Source of the DNA: Antedon mediterranea | Taxonomy: Eukaryota; Animalia; Echinodermata | Length of the DNA: 64,000 nucleotides | NCBI RefSeq assembly: GCF_964355755.1 | Contig: NC_092670.1 | Span: 12,014,795-12,078,794 of the forward strand | Reading direction: 5' to 3' | Shown here: piece after piece, positions 12,617 to 25,223 of the stretch | Position numbering within the stretch: the first letter of the stretch is position 1 | How the letters are laid out: each line of letters starts with the position of its first letter | Translations under genes and position numbers: made by a program | The notes under the pieces: generated by a model | The model's input: only the letters and a program-made list of their open reading frames with translations | What the model was told of the DNA's origin: nothing | The model's database searches: none

Positions 12617-14523
12617 TAACTGACGAAATAGAAACTAAACGTGCTTGAGTAATATAATTGATTGTTCGATCGGTTAATGGGACTTTGTAAACCGATGCAT
12701 ATATTAATTTAGGTTGAGTTGTAAATATGAAGTTATATTGCCAAATGGCTACTTCGAAATTGTCATTCCGTTTTCAATTATATTTTGTCTTTAATAAAAC
12801 ATAAATATTTAATTTACAAAATATTCTTTAGTAGTTTTTTAGTGTTGTTTTATTCTCTTGGCTATGAGTGAGTGTTTGTAGTTATCACCTTAATGTGTTT
12901 GTGACAATCGCTATAAAACATGATAGGCCTACTTTAAGGTGAGATGATGTCTAATGATCCGTAGAAATCTTTGTTTTTAACGTGAAGCTAAAGGTCCGTG
13001 TAAATCTTATAAAGACGTGGATGTAGACGGTTAAAATTACAAAACTATATGAAATACACAATACAATCATATTTTAATAGAGTAGCACTAGAATATGTTT
13101 ATATCAAAACACAAATAACATCATCTAATCATTAGTAATAAAACCTAAACCAGTTCGTTGGTAATAAACATACTTGCGATTACAAGTGGGGTGAAAGATG
13201 CTAAAGATGATTAGAAACCAGCAACATTAGAAAACATTACCAAATAAATGATAACAGCAAAACCAGAGGCGACAGAGATATACGACAAACTTAAGCCATA
13301 CAATTGTATTTGTCCAAAATTGTCCCTAATAATTAAATCAAAGTTTTCTCTAAAATATGAACCAAAACAAACTCACACTGTTCAAGTAAGGCATAGATAG
13401 ATCTCCACTAAAGCAAAGGTAAGTTAAATTTCATTCATTATTACAGGCTAAATCGTTTTTGATAATATACATTTCATCACCCTTCATGTAGCTATACAAC
13501 TACTGGTACTATATCCTTTTTCATAAAGCCAGTTATTTTATATTGGTATATTTTAGTGTTGCTTTATTGAATAAAGATGCCGAGATATTAACACCACATC
13601 ATTCCCATTTAACAAAACGGTTTCACTGTGATAGCGCTAGTTGCAATCCGTCATGCGTGATTAATTAATGAATGACGTAATGCATAAAATGGGCCTATCG
13701 GGGAGGAATATTTGAACTAGTGGTTCACTGCGTCTTGCTAATGTAACAAGCCAGATGTGTTGTAAATAAAGTACAAATGAGTTAAGATGATTATCGTTGT
13801 CAGAAGATTATTGAATGAACGACATCATATAGTGTCGAACTATGGTCTGTAATGTAAACATCGTATTATTCTAAAAACATTATTTAGTTTAGTTATTACA
13901 TTCGTCTCAGTTCATTAATCCGAATGACGCAACAACTAAACTTCAAATAAACCCAAACTTATCAAATTAAGCTATCTCTTATTTCCGTCTCACTGTAATT
14001 GATTAATATTGATTAGGGTTCGAGTTATTGGTAATCAAATTAAGCCCGTCGTAAACACCAACTTAAGTTGACAATCGAGAATGACTCACAAATTGAAAAA
14101 CAAAATTCATGTTGCTCTAAATAAGATTATGAACTAAAGTATTATTTGTCTATATTGGTCATTAATCAAAATAAATAATACAATGAATTCGAATCAACAG
14201 ATTAATTAATATCAAAATAAAAATTATATTGTCCTCATGAAAAATTACGAATAGGCCATTTTAATCTATCACCTAATCACATTAGATTATTAACGTAACT
14301 GTTTATTTTATCTTTTTTATCAGCGAAATTATTATTTTTGTTATTTTACAGAAGTCAATAACTCTAATATTAAAACTCCTCATTTCTTATTCAAAGTTTG
14401 ATTTATTCGTCTTATCAATACATCTTTGAGCTAATGTATTCGACAGTGGTCTGTTTGTATCCTACCTGGCTGGTTGGAGCTTGTGCATCCATATACACGG
14501 CACTATAATTATATATATTCAAA

Positions 14524-14650
14524 CGCGCTTATATTGCATTCATACGCACTACTCTGTATTAGCTACAACATGATTCATGCGCGTGCCTATATTGCATTCA
14601 TTACGCACTCTGTATAGCTACAACATGATTCATGCGCGCGCCTATATTGC
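14524..14650. repeat. Short tandem duplication, ~55 bp
   Basis: TATATTGCATTCAT.ACGCACT...AGCTACAACATGATTCATGCGCG repeated. Confidence 0.75.
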
Positions 14651-17600
14651 TTTTCGGAACAAAAAGTTGCGATATAGGTAGAGAGAGAGAGGTGAATGTC
14701 CATCAGAGAAAGGAAATGACAGTGTGCCTTTATATAGAGTGCTACAAGATTTTCCAATTCCAGTACGTACTATATAAAGAAGGCCGTAAAATATGGCCAA
14801 TTTTGGCAATTACTATTAAATTACTATTTAATTACAATTAAAACTGCTCGCTAAGTTAAAATTAACTATGTGGCAAAAAAAAACTTTCTTGGAGAAGCCA
14901 TCATGATCGGATACTCTATATTATTTAAAAATTGAAAAATATTATATATATTGATTGATTCACTAGCTATTTGTTTAGCTTTCAAACGGGACCCTAATCT
15001 ATTCTATATCAATATTAATTGTAGATAACAATTGTTGGTGAAATTTTCCCGCGATCTGGGGCTCTAATTACCACTTTTGCTATTTGCCATTTCTTTTTCA
15101 TTTCATATTATTCGTTCGTTCTCGCATGCCATGCATAACACTATAGATAGTGCCCGTTTTCATTTCATGCCATAATCTAGGCCTCACAACCCAATTGGTT
15201 CAACAAGTTCTGCTGAAAATGTAATCAATCTTAATTCAAAGTGGGCGGTATTGATGTCAGTGATTATCTGTGCTGGTCTACACGAGATTCAAATCTACTC
15301 AGTAGCTAATCACTATCTATCATTAGATTAGCCTGAAACAACAGACTGAACTCTAAGTAACCCTAAAGTGGATTTATCTATTGGGTGGGAAACCTGATTA
15401 AAGATCAATTTTGTTGCTGAAACGGTGAATTTACCTAGATTGGAAAGCTGTGAGGTGATTGTCTGCTGGTAAACAACGGCGCGGGAGCCCAGATTTGGGT
15501 TAAGCATCTGCTCAGTGAGCCTAGATAATCGACGTCATTATCGATCATTCAAAAAAAGATGTAAAAACACCTCAAATACACACAACGCCACACAAACACT
15601 CCATCATACGTAGTCACTCTTTACAAGTGATGTGCTACTATTTGCGTAATTCTCCATTTTTAAAAGAATAATCCAAAATGATTGCAGCTTGAATTAAACT
15701 GAATTTGACCGATTGCTTATAGTTAGAAATTCAGCTTTCTTGATGAGATCCTGTATGTACGTCAAGCATTATGATCGATGATGTTTGAGAGGGTAAAACA
15801 AAGTCGCATAACAGAAGGTTAAACTTTATATTATTTATCCGGCTTCCGAAAACTATGTCCTATAAATGTGACTTTTACACAATTTTCGTTTGAACGGTAT
15901 TAAAATAATAATAATTATTGCTTAAGTACAGTATGTTTTTTCCACCTAACAGATGATTTGTAAACCTGACTCGTGCTCTATATTGAATCAAGTTCTAAAA
16001 TGTATAAATTATATATAAATCCTGTCTAGGGAGATCATTACTGTATATAAAATTAAATTTATGTACTGTTTCACGGAAGAGCCTAATTTGATATAATCGT
16101 ATACAGGTCGGTCGGTTGGTTAAAAGGCCACATAATACGATCTCCTCGACGTGTACAACAATTCATCTGAAGTTTTATTAGTTTTTGGTAAATAATTTGT
16201 TAGCAATAATGGCATCAGTGCATGCAAATAAACTCTAGATTTTAGAATAACAAATTTGAAATAATTTCTTCATTGTGATTTTAAATATACGTGTTAATTT
16301 CTGTCTATCAAACTAGTTTGACAAAAAAGTGTGATGTGCCCAAATCACACATCACATTTGTTTGTCAGACGTACATTTCTTTATGATATTTGTGACGCAC
16401 AACTGATTTCTAAAACGAATACCTTTCTGATTTATGCTAGGCCCTAATCGATTTTGTTTTATGAATTGTGTCTTGCACTTTGACTATGAATACGACTACG
16501 CCAAACGAAGACGCATGACGAAAAAAGCGTCGTTTAAGTTTCTACTCATTAATCGACTACTTTAAGACAAAATAAAATATATAACTTACCTATTTATTAG
16601 GCCCTATAGTATATAATCCAGATTAAAGCAGAATATAATTCCATTTAATAACAAGCTATACAAATAAAAAAAATAAAAAAATTACGATACAAATTTGTGA
16701 TTATGACGTCATGATTAGTAAACTTGGCGTCCTACATTAACAGGTGGACCATACATTAAATAAAGCCAAGAATTTCTATGTGGTAATTATTCCAGACGAT
16801 TAGATGATGGCATAGGCCTAAATTAGCGACTTATCTTGATTTAGTTTTAGGTCTATATCAACGGGTTAAGTTTCTCCCAAAACATTCCCTTTTTATTAAT
16901 TGGATCAATGAGTTAAAAGGATCTAAATTTGTAAGCAAGTTTGAAGCGTAAGCATCTGGGAATGGAAGGCAAATGATGTTGTATGTAGGCTACGTAGCTG
17001 CCGCCGATTTAGAGGTAGCTCGTGCTTCCGATGCAATCCCGATGCAATCCGTTGTTCCTTTTGATCCACACAAAAACTTAGCTCACCATATAATAAATAT
17101 GCTCTTGGAACAATATCCTCCAATATACACAAGATGTTTTTATGCCTTAATACTCATTTTATTCGACGCCAAACTAGCCAGGCAATAATGCTGACGCTAG
17201 CAGGTTCAACTTTCGCGGACTTTCTGCTGAAATGTGTTCGCTATATTAACATCACACTACACAACAGGTGAATGTCGGTCAGACAAATACATGAACTTCG
17301 TTCCCAAAACAAAAACAATAATCTTGAATGCTGACTGAGATATAACACCACCGTACCACCACCGGGGAGTGACCATCTCATACGGTACTCTTCCAAAAGA
17401 TTCAATGGCTAGCCTAGTATAGGGTAGGGAGGCTAGATGTACACACACACACACATTAAGTGTGATGTGATGGAGGCTTAATAATTATAATATGTGTGGC
17501 CTTCCTTCACTGCTGCTGGACTTTTTCCGATCGGGAAAGTGTTATTTCTAAACTTTAATATTCAAATTATTTTACAAGTTTAAACTTACTAAAACGTGAA

Positions 17601-19428
17601 TATTGTAGTTAAATTGTAGCAAATTTAACAAGATTATCGCAAACGATGTTTCCAGCTAGCGAAGAAGTGTTTGTTTGAGTTGAGTTGTTGTTATAGCATC
17701 TGTAACTAGGATACGCGCGCACTGTTAAATACGCGTCACGCATAACGCGGTTATTTAAAGTGCGTACACACACGAGCTTAAAATTTATATTTTTCCTCTA
17801 GATTTTAAGTCGTAAATCGTAAGTAACCGACCGAGAGATTAAGAGAGAAAATGATGGTCGAGTTTATAGAGTAGGCCTAAGTGCCGATTTTAATTTTTAT
17901 GGCTATGGTTTAAGGAACCGACAGGCCACTCGACACAATTATTAAATTGATTTAAACTATTAATTCTGTGGGCGAAAAAAGGTCTAATAGAGTGTGAATG
18001 AAAAAAAACAGTAAAATAATATTGAAGAAGACAATATTATAAGGCCGTGTTTCCAACTTTCCACCAGCCAACAATTAACCGACAAAAATAACCGATACAT
18101 TTTCTGTGGAAACGGGATAACTGATTCCGCTCCAGAAAAACTAACCGCTAATTATCTCATTCAAATCAGATAATTTTAACCTTTTGACATGACCTGAAAG
18201 ACAATGGTTAATTTGCGTTGTGATTGGTCGTTCGTTAATATCTGATCATACGCAATTTTTGTTGTATCCGATTGGTGACAACATTTACGGTAACCCGCGG
18301 AAACATTAACATAAGCTACGAAGATAAATAAATAACGAAAATGTATAATTATTATTATCTTGAATTTATTTCAAGAAATATTATACTACCATCATCAAGA
18401 ACTGAATATAATATGAACAAGACATTCAAGTGTGTTTGTACACCTCTGTAAAACTTACTATAACGATCATCATAACATTTTGTTTTTATCTTTACTGGCT
18501 AATCTTATATTATTATATGAATTTTTAGAATCTTTTAAAAATCCTAAACTCTATTGTGACTGAATCTTTTTGTTTTTATTCTCTTACGTGGGCTTAAACC
18601 TTCGTCTTCTAAATTTCTTTGGATACATATTTGTTTTTCTTATTTGATAAAAAAAATGGTTTACACACTCATGAATTTCAATAAATATTGTAATATATTA
18701 ATTATACATTAGGAATGATAATTATTAATAAAAATCTTTATGTAATAAATCGAAAAATAGTATCATATAACAAAATTACATTACAAATAAAATTACATAT
18801 TTTAAAATTGTTAGTTAATATTAATAAGCCAGGTTTTAAGCACGACTGTGAATAGTTTTGGTAATGCGATTTCATATTCCACATGTGGCGTCGGTTCATA
18901 CAATGAACTTATTTATTTATATGAATAGTCAAAACGTCAAGCATGTGTGAAATGACAGTTAGACTTAATAGCTGCATATAGCATGACATGTGAAGAAAAC
19001 GAATGTACATCCTTATGAAAATGAAATGGACTCATGAGCTGTCGAATCGGACAGATCTTATGTCTCTCTGAACCGTCTTATGATTATTCATCGATTCCTT
19101 TTATTTATATGTTAATCTAGTTTAATATATTTTAACCACACACTTAACAATTTAAACCTTGTGTGGCTGGAAAAATCTTTACCTCAACCTCACTTTTTAT
19201 AATATAAAAACCTATATTCATAATTGTTCTTTGAACCATGGACATAAAAAAATAAATGTTAAATAAATCATTATTAAATAAATGGTATGTTTCAGTAAAT
19301 GGGCAAATAAAACACAAATGCTATATATAATACAGACCTCTACTACATACATGCTTCTTTTCTAAAGTATTATTTTATAATATAACTGTATGTACATTAT
19401 TTTGTAAATTATAAATGATTATATTTAT

Positions 19429-19555
19429 AATAATAATTATAATTTGTAGACATTTCTATTTACAGTAGGCCTACATTGAATGTGTGTAATGTAATAATAA
19501 TTATAATTTGTAGACATCTCTATTTACAGTAGGCCTACATTGAATGTGTGTAATG
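19429..19555. repeat. Direct tandem duplication, ~62 bp x2
   Basis: TAATAATTATAATTTGTAGACAT.TCTATTTACAGTAGGCCTACATTGAATGTGTGTAATG twice. Confidence 0.85.
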
Positions 19556-20068
19556 TCTCCAGAGGGCGCTATATAACAAATATTGTTTGTATATCGATAA
19601 AAAAAATTACATAAAATTAATTAAGATAAATAATTAAATTTAATAAGTATGGTTTTGATTCAACTACAGACCATGTATGTTGATCAGTGTTGTAATAGCT
19701 CTTGTGTCGACCCCAATTTCTAAAGAGTCAACTAGTGACCTTAGTTATCGATTTCGCCAGTTGGGTTGTAAGCATGTGTAAACCTTTGCTATGCTCCGCT
19801 GGTTTTGGTGAAACATACTTTCATACTTTTTTTTAATAAATTCATCCAGCCCGATTTTTTTGTGGAAAGGTTTAATTTGTTTAATGCTTTTATTTCACAT
19901 TCCAATTTTAACGTATTTTAAATTAAAAAAATATTTACAGAATTAAGTTTCTTGGTTTCTGTTTACACCCACCAATTGCTCTCTATGAGTTGTTTGTCTT
20001 TTACCAATGAAAACACATAATACTGTACATAAATATTTCATAATAATTTTTAAATAGAATTGAGTCAT

Positions 20069-20280
20069 TTAAGCATTCATGGTTGTTGATGTTTCCTTCA
20101 TGACGTCATCATATGAGGGTAGATGTGGCCCTGGGGCTGGGTATGAGCCTGGGGGATGTGCTATGTTTTGGGGCATGGCTGATTGGGGGTAGGGTGGTTG
20201 GTGGCGTTGACTTGGGTAGGGTACTTGATGCTGTTGGTTTGGGTAGGATGAGTAGGGTTGAGCTGTCACTGCAGGATTAC
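20069..20280 (-). CDS. Cys-rich/LPSY gene last exon (NPAVTAQPY...HLPSYDDVMKETSTTMNA*)
   Basis: ttttttatag acceptor; overlaps ORF 20069-20269. Confidence 0.85.
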
Positions 20281-23200
20281 CTATAAAAAAAAGAAAATAT
20301 ATTTATGAAAATTAATATTAAAAACAAATAAATATTGTTCATAGGCACAGTACGCCTACATTTCGTTATTGCATAAAAATAAAAAATAAGATGAACATGC
20401 AAATTAAGTCTATATATAAATAATAATTTGTCAAGGCTGAATTTGGTAGTCTAGTAAAACCTGCTTTAGGGAAACAAATCTATCATTTGCTGTTCCCATT
20501 GGGTACGAGACAAATTAACACAGTTTTTAAATCCAAGTTCAATTAATGAATAGTACAATCTGTGCCTAGACAGTATTTTAGCTCACTAAGAAGTGAAATG
20601 TTAGGTCTGGCTAACTAAATAGCATTTGGGCTACAACTTAATAGAGGCCCAGTGGGCTATTGTAAAAAAACAAATTATATGATTTAATGTATACCATCTT
20701 CTCACTCTTAACAAAATAAAAAAAAGAAAGAAATCAATAAAAAAGATATTAGAACTGGAAATTGTGGGGGTCGTTGGAGTCATAATTGCAAAATATCAAG
20801 CCAGCAGCAATCTTAAACTTGACATGTATGTATTCCTTTTGTAAATGAAGTGTTCAGTCATGACATCAAGGAACAAATGAGCTGGTCCTCAAATCTTAAT
20901 CTTCGGGGTAAATTTAAGAAAAAGTGAATTATATATTCACCTATTCTACTTATAACTACATATTAAGTATATAACACTTACCAATGGAAACCTGAACCTG
21001 TGGTGGTCCTACAATTTGTGTTGACGATAACTGGACGTTGGCGCCCATCTGCGCTTGGATTGCTCGCATGATAGCCGCAGCAGTTAAAGTACGCTGCCAA
21101 CCGGCCATTGATACGTACACCACTTCTCCTTGCATAGATACGGATCTATCTACACAAGAAAAGCATCTGTGAACCTGGAAACAAAAAAAGTCACAAAATT
21201 AGATTTTTTTTTTAAATCCAACTTTCAACTGGATTAATATGTACTTAATCCTCTATTTCTCAATTCAAACTTTATCTCTTTTACTTAAATAAAAACATAC
21301 ATTATCTTTACCATTATTTCTATCTTTGTTTTTACACTGGTAGTATTTCTATCCCAAATTCAAAAAACATTTTGGAGATTCAGCATTTAATTCTATCTTT
21401 TCAATGCATGTTGTCAACATTCAATCCCATCATTATTTCAATCCCATCATTATTTCAATCCCATCATTATTTCAATCCCATCATTATTTAAATTCCATCA
21501 TTATTTCAATCCCATCATTATTTCAATCCCATCATTATTTCAATCCCATCATTATTTCAATCCCATCATTAATTCAATCCCATCATTATTTCAATCCCAT
21601 CATATTTCAATCCCATCATTATTTCAATCCCATCATTATTTCAATTCCATCAATAATTCTATCTATGTTTTCTTACAATCCCATCCCTGTTTTCCTTCAA
21701 TATTCTTATTTCTATCCCGGTTTTCTTACAATCCCATCCTTATTTCTATCCCTGTTTTCCAGCAAAATTCTTATTTCTATTCCTATATTCCAGCATAATT
21801 CTTATTTCTATCCCGGTTTTCTTAAAATCCTATCCATATTTCTATCCCGGTTTTCTTACAATCCTATCCATATTTCTATCCCTGTTTTCCTTACCCTGTA
21901 ACATGGGCATGTGAGCAAACAACATGGGAAGCAAATCATCCACAGTATGCTGTTTTCAAGAGATACATCGTAGCAGTGAAGATACTCAGATGAGTTTGTA
22001 ATGACAATGCTAGCATGGTTACAGTCCCACATGGTGTAGCAGGCTGAGCTAGTAACCCCATCCTCAGACATAAGCTGCTTGAACCAGGATTTTATCACAT
22101 CATTGAAATCAAACTGAAATAAATTAAATACCAAACTTTAAACTAGCTTATCTAAAATAAATTTGTCTTTTTTTGCAATATGTGCAGTCCTATGTTTACG
22201 GTACATTTGAGAATGCTGGTGAATAAAATGTGTAACATTAACATTTGCAATTATATCATATATAATAATATAGCATATAATAGTACAGACAGCTCACTTT
22301 GTCAAGATAGTTCTTTGACCTTATGTCTGGATGTGACAAATATCAACAGTACTATACTATGTGCCTATTCTCCGTGGCGTGCCTTTTAAGGGGCATGGAA
22401 CTGATCATGTCGCAGCCACAGATAAACACTTATTATTTTATATATCCGGAACTCAGCATCCTGTTGTAGGATTGCCTTGCTTTGAGACAGCCCTATTCTG
22501 GGGACACCCTTCAGGGAGACATTTTCCTGTGAAATGAAGCTTTAACAATACAAACAACTCCTATTCAGGAGACACCCTTATTATGGGAATACTTATTGGG
22601 TTTTGTGTATTACAGTAATAATATATAGATAGATATTGACACATTTGATGATGATGATGTAAAACAGATACATTTTGCTATAAAAATGCAGAAATATTTA
22701 CCTCTAATGCAAAGTTTCTGCCAGCTCTCATGTCTCCTTTTCCCTCTTCTAAAAGTTTAGAAATCTGCTGCCTAATTACTGGATGCTGTGGATTCACAAC
22801 TACAGCAAAATCACCTTACGAAAGAAAAAATAAATAGTTAAATGCTGTAACTACTGGACTTGTGTACAATTTCTACCCTGTTTCCTAGAAAACATTGTGT
22901 CTTGTGGGCTAATTTGAGAACTTCTCCACTTACACTATAAACCTTTCACATACCACAAATATCTATATAGAAACTTCCAAGATAGAAAACACCCTACATA
23001 GGAACCTAGCACAGGGATTTCCCACATAGTCTTCTGTCTTCTTTCTATCGCATTAACTTTTACATAGGAAAACAACAACATGGGAATTTCCCACATAGTC
23101 TTCTGTACTAATAGATTGAAATTCCCCACAGACTTTATTTAAATAAACTTTTCTACAGTAGGCATGGGAATTTCCCATACAATTATCTGTACTGTATAGT

Positions 23201-23763
23201 GACTCTTTCAACTCCACTCACTAAGCCTCAAATGAGACTTAGTTTATAAGCACAATAAATTATAAGTTAGTTTATCCATCCTGTAATTGGCGAGTTGCTA
23301 CCTGTGGTAATGTGTCTGTGGTTGGCAAGCTTTGAGTTTCTTTCAAGATGAACGTCAAAAAACAAAGGCTTTGAGAGAATACTTCTTGACAGGCTCTCTA
23401 ACTCAGTGTCATTGTTAACTTTTAAAATCCTATGAAAATAACAAATTGTTATAAACTTAAAACCAATAACCGTCCAGAGTACATTTCACTTAACAGCGAA
23501 TCATGCACTTTGTTAATCAATATAAAACATACGGTATTGGTGGCGATCCATACTTACTCTCCCAGGGTGTCAGGAAACCAAGTCTTGTATTTAGTGGAAT
23601 GTACGCATACATTCACTTTGTGATGATCATGAATAAAGATAGGATGTTCTCGTCCAACGTCCTGTCTTATCTCAAAGAAATCTGGCGGCGACTTCACCAG
23701 CTCCGACATGAGCATTACACTAATCATTGGCCTCTCGGTTGGAGGTCCCTGTTGTTGACTCAT
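20069..23763 (-). CDS. Uncharacterised 6-exon protein (~356 aa) with Cys-rich hydrophobic segment and P/Q/Y-rich tail with LPSY motif
   Basis: Exons 23763-23558, 23429-23302, 22814-22702, 22113-21895, 21174-20982 and 20280-20069. All are GT-AG with consistent phases (2,1,0,0,1) and total 1071 nt of open frame. An alternative upstream in-frame ATG lies at 23820. Confidence 0.85.
20982..21174 (-). CDS. Cys-rich/LPSY gene exon 5 (VHRCFSCVDRSV...PPQVQVSI)
   Basis: tttccag acceptor, G|gtaagt donor, open in phase. Confidence 0.85.
21419..21894. repeat. Minisatellite: 17-bp ATTTCAATCCCATCATT array grading into a ~33-35-bp degenerate array abutting a splice donor
   Basis: Visible tandem units; explains spurious ORF 21404-21901. 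Confidence 0.9.
21895..22113 (-). CDS. Cys-rich/LPSY gene exon 4 (FDFNDVIKSWF...LWMICFPCCLLTCPCYR)
   Basis: tttcag acceptor, AGG|gtaagg donor; overlaps ORF 21856-22134. Confidence 0.85.
22702..22814 (-). CDS. Cys-rich/LPSY gene exon 3 (DFAVVVNPQHPVIRQQ...NFALE)
   Basis: tttcgtaag acceptor, GAG|gtaaat donor, open in phase. Confidence 0.8.
23302..23429 (-). CDS. Cys-rich/LPSY gene exon 2 (ILKVNNDTELESLSRS...HRHITT)
   Basis: tttcatag acceptor, G|gtagc donor, open in the required phase. Confidence 0.8.
23558..23763 (-). CDS. Cys-rich/LPSY gene coding exon 1 (MSQQQGPPTERP...DTLG)
   Basis: ttctcag acceptor just before AAAATG; donor GA|gtaagt. Confidence 0.75.
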
Positions 23764-23996
23764 TTTCTGAGAAGAAATTAATGAGTACTTCTCAAGGATT
23801 ATGTCTACATTTGTAGGCATTTTCAAGGCAGGCAACTTCAATTTCAAATACTTATTATAATATTAATAATCACTTTATTCATGTATTGTGTGTGTATGAA
23901 ATAATAAAATTTAGCCTAGCCTTTAGATTGTTAGACCCGTTGTTAGGGTTACATTTGTTCATTAGTTAGGTGGTGTAACTTTTCTTCCAGCACGAT

Positions 23997-24378
23997 TGGC
24001 TGCCTCTACGCCTAGTCGTAAATCCAATCTTAGATTCTATATTTACGCCGATATCATGCCTCCTAGTATAATTTTTGATAAAATACTAATATGTTATATC
24101 GGTGGATTGTAAGCCAACTGGATGGCTGAATGGGTAGTACCTGGGTCTCGCAATGTAATGCGGTAGCGTTAGGCTAGGGTTCGAAACTCATTTCTGGTAT
24201 TTTTTTTTTTTTTTACTGACCATCTTCTTTATTATTGACCATCGTATTTTCTCATTAATTTCCTAGAGGGATGATTTTTTTTAGGTTACGAGGTTACGGG
24301 TCAATAGGCGTAGATATAGAATCTAGCTTGGATCTATGACTAGCCTAACCTAGGACCAGGTACGTGTAGATGCAGCCA
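23997..24378. mobile_element. TIR element enclosing a tRNA-like Pol III cassette
   Basis: Inverted ends TGGCTGC.TCTAC...CTAGTC.TA.ATCCAA..TAGATTCTATAT.TACGCC; internal A-box TGGCTGAATGG, B-box GGTTCGAAAC, then a long T run. Confidence 0.55.
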
Positions 24379-25223
24379 CTGCGTTATTAATAATATTTGA
24401 CCCCATAAAAAATGACAAACTTGTTTACATTTTTAGTCTATAAATAAAGAGTGTAGTCTAGATAGTGCATGCATAGACGTCGGTCGATTATGTCATATCT
24501 TGCTTAGACTTGCCACATGCACGTCAATCTCGATTCTATGCCTAGGCCTACCTAGTTAATTAGTATTTTAGGCCAAGAAAAGATGGTAAGCCATAGAATA
24601 GCGGGTTTTCTGCTTGACTGTTCTTGTTGTGTACTGAGAAATGTAAGGGAAGGAGGAGCCTAGCAAAAATCCTTAATATTCTCGATCTTTACGCCACTTA
24701 GCTCGAAGAACAGGTATCTACAATTATATAATTACATTTAGAATAAGTTTACGTGCTTACTTTGGTACTGCAACTAATATTTGTTAACAAATACAGTGAT
24801 ACAATTTAAGAAAATTCTACAGCATGATCTGTTTAGAAGATAGGGAATCGTTCATGCATTAAATTGCAATTTTTTTTATTGGAGATGACGTAATCATTGA
24901 ATATGAGGCGCCTTGTGTGAATTTAACTTATGTAATATTGATTTCTAACCGTCTGTCTGTGCATAACCAGCATATTTCAAGTTTTTGGGAATTTTCATTA
25001 TACTGTATTATTGAATTTGAAAATCAATTGTAATGTAGTCTGATAAAATCTGGCACTAGGTAAATAAAATACACCCAATCAGAGAACAGCTTACAGAAAC
25101 TTGATTGAACACATTTCTATCCGTTGGAAATATCTTCTGAAGAGTTGATGGGATATAATCTAATCATATACTACTTTATAATAATACAATAAACAAACAG
25201 AAAAACACACACAAAGCTACTAG

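Noticed and set aside
15108-15130. miR-375-like string (also miR-219-like at ~35693)
   Set aside because: Only partial matches with no supporting hairpin; the second looks like a transposon terminus.
16923-17454. Short ORFs in a GC-richer patch
   Set aside because: No recognisable domain or consistent splice structure.
21404-21901. 165-aa ORF
   Set aside because: Translation of a 17-bp minisatellite inside an intron.
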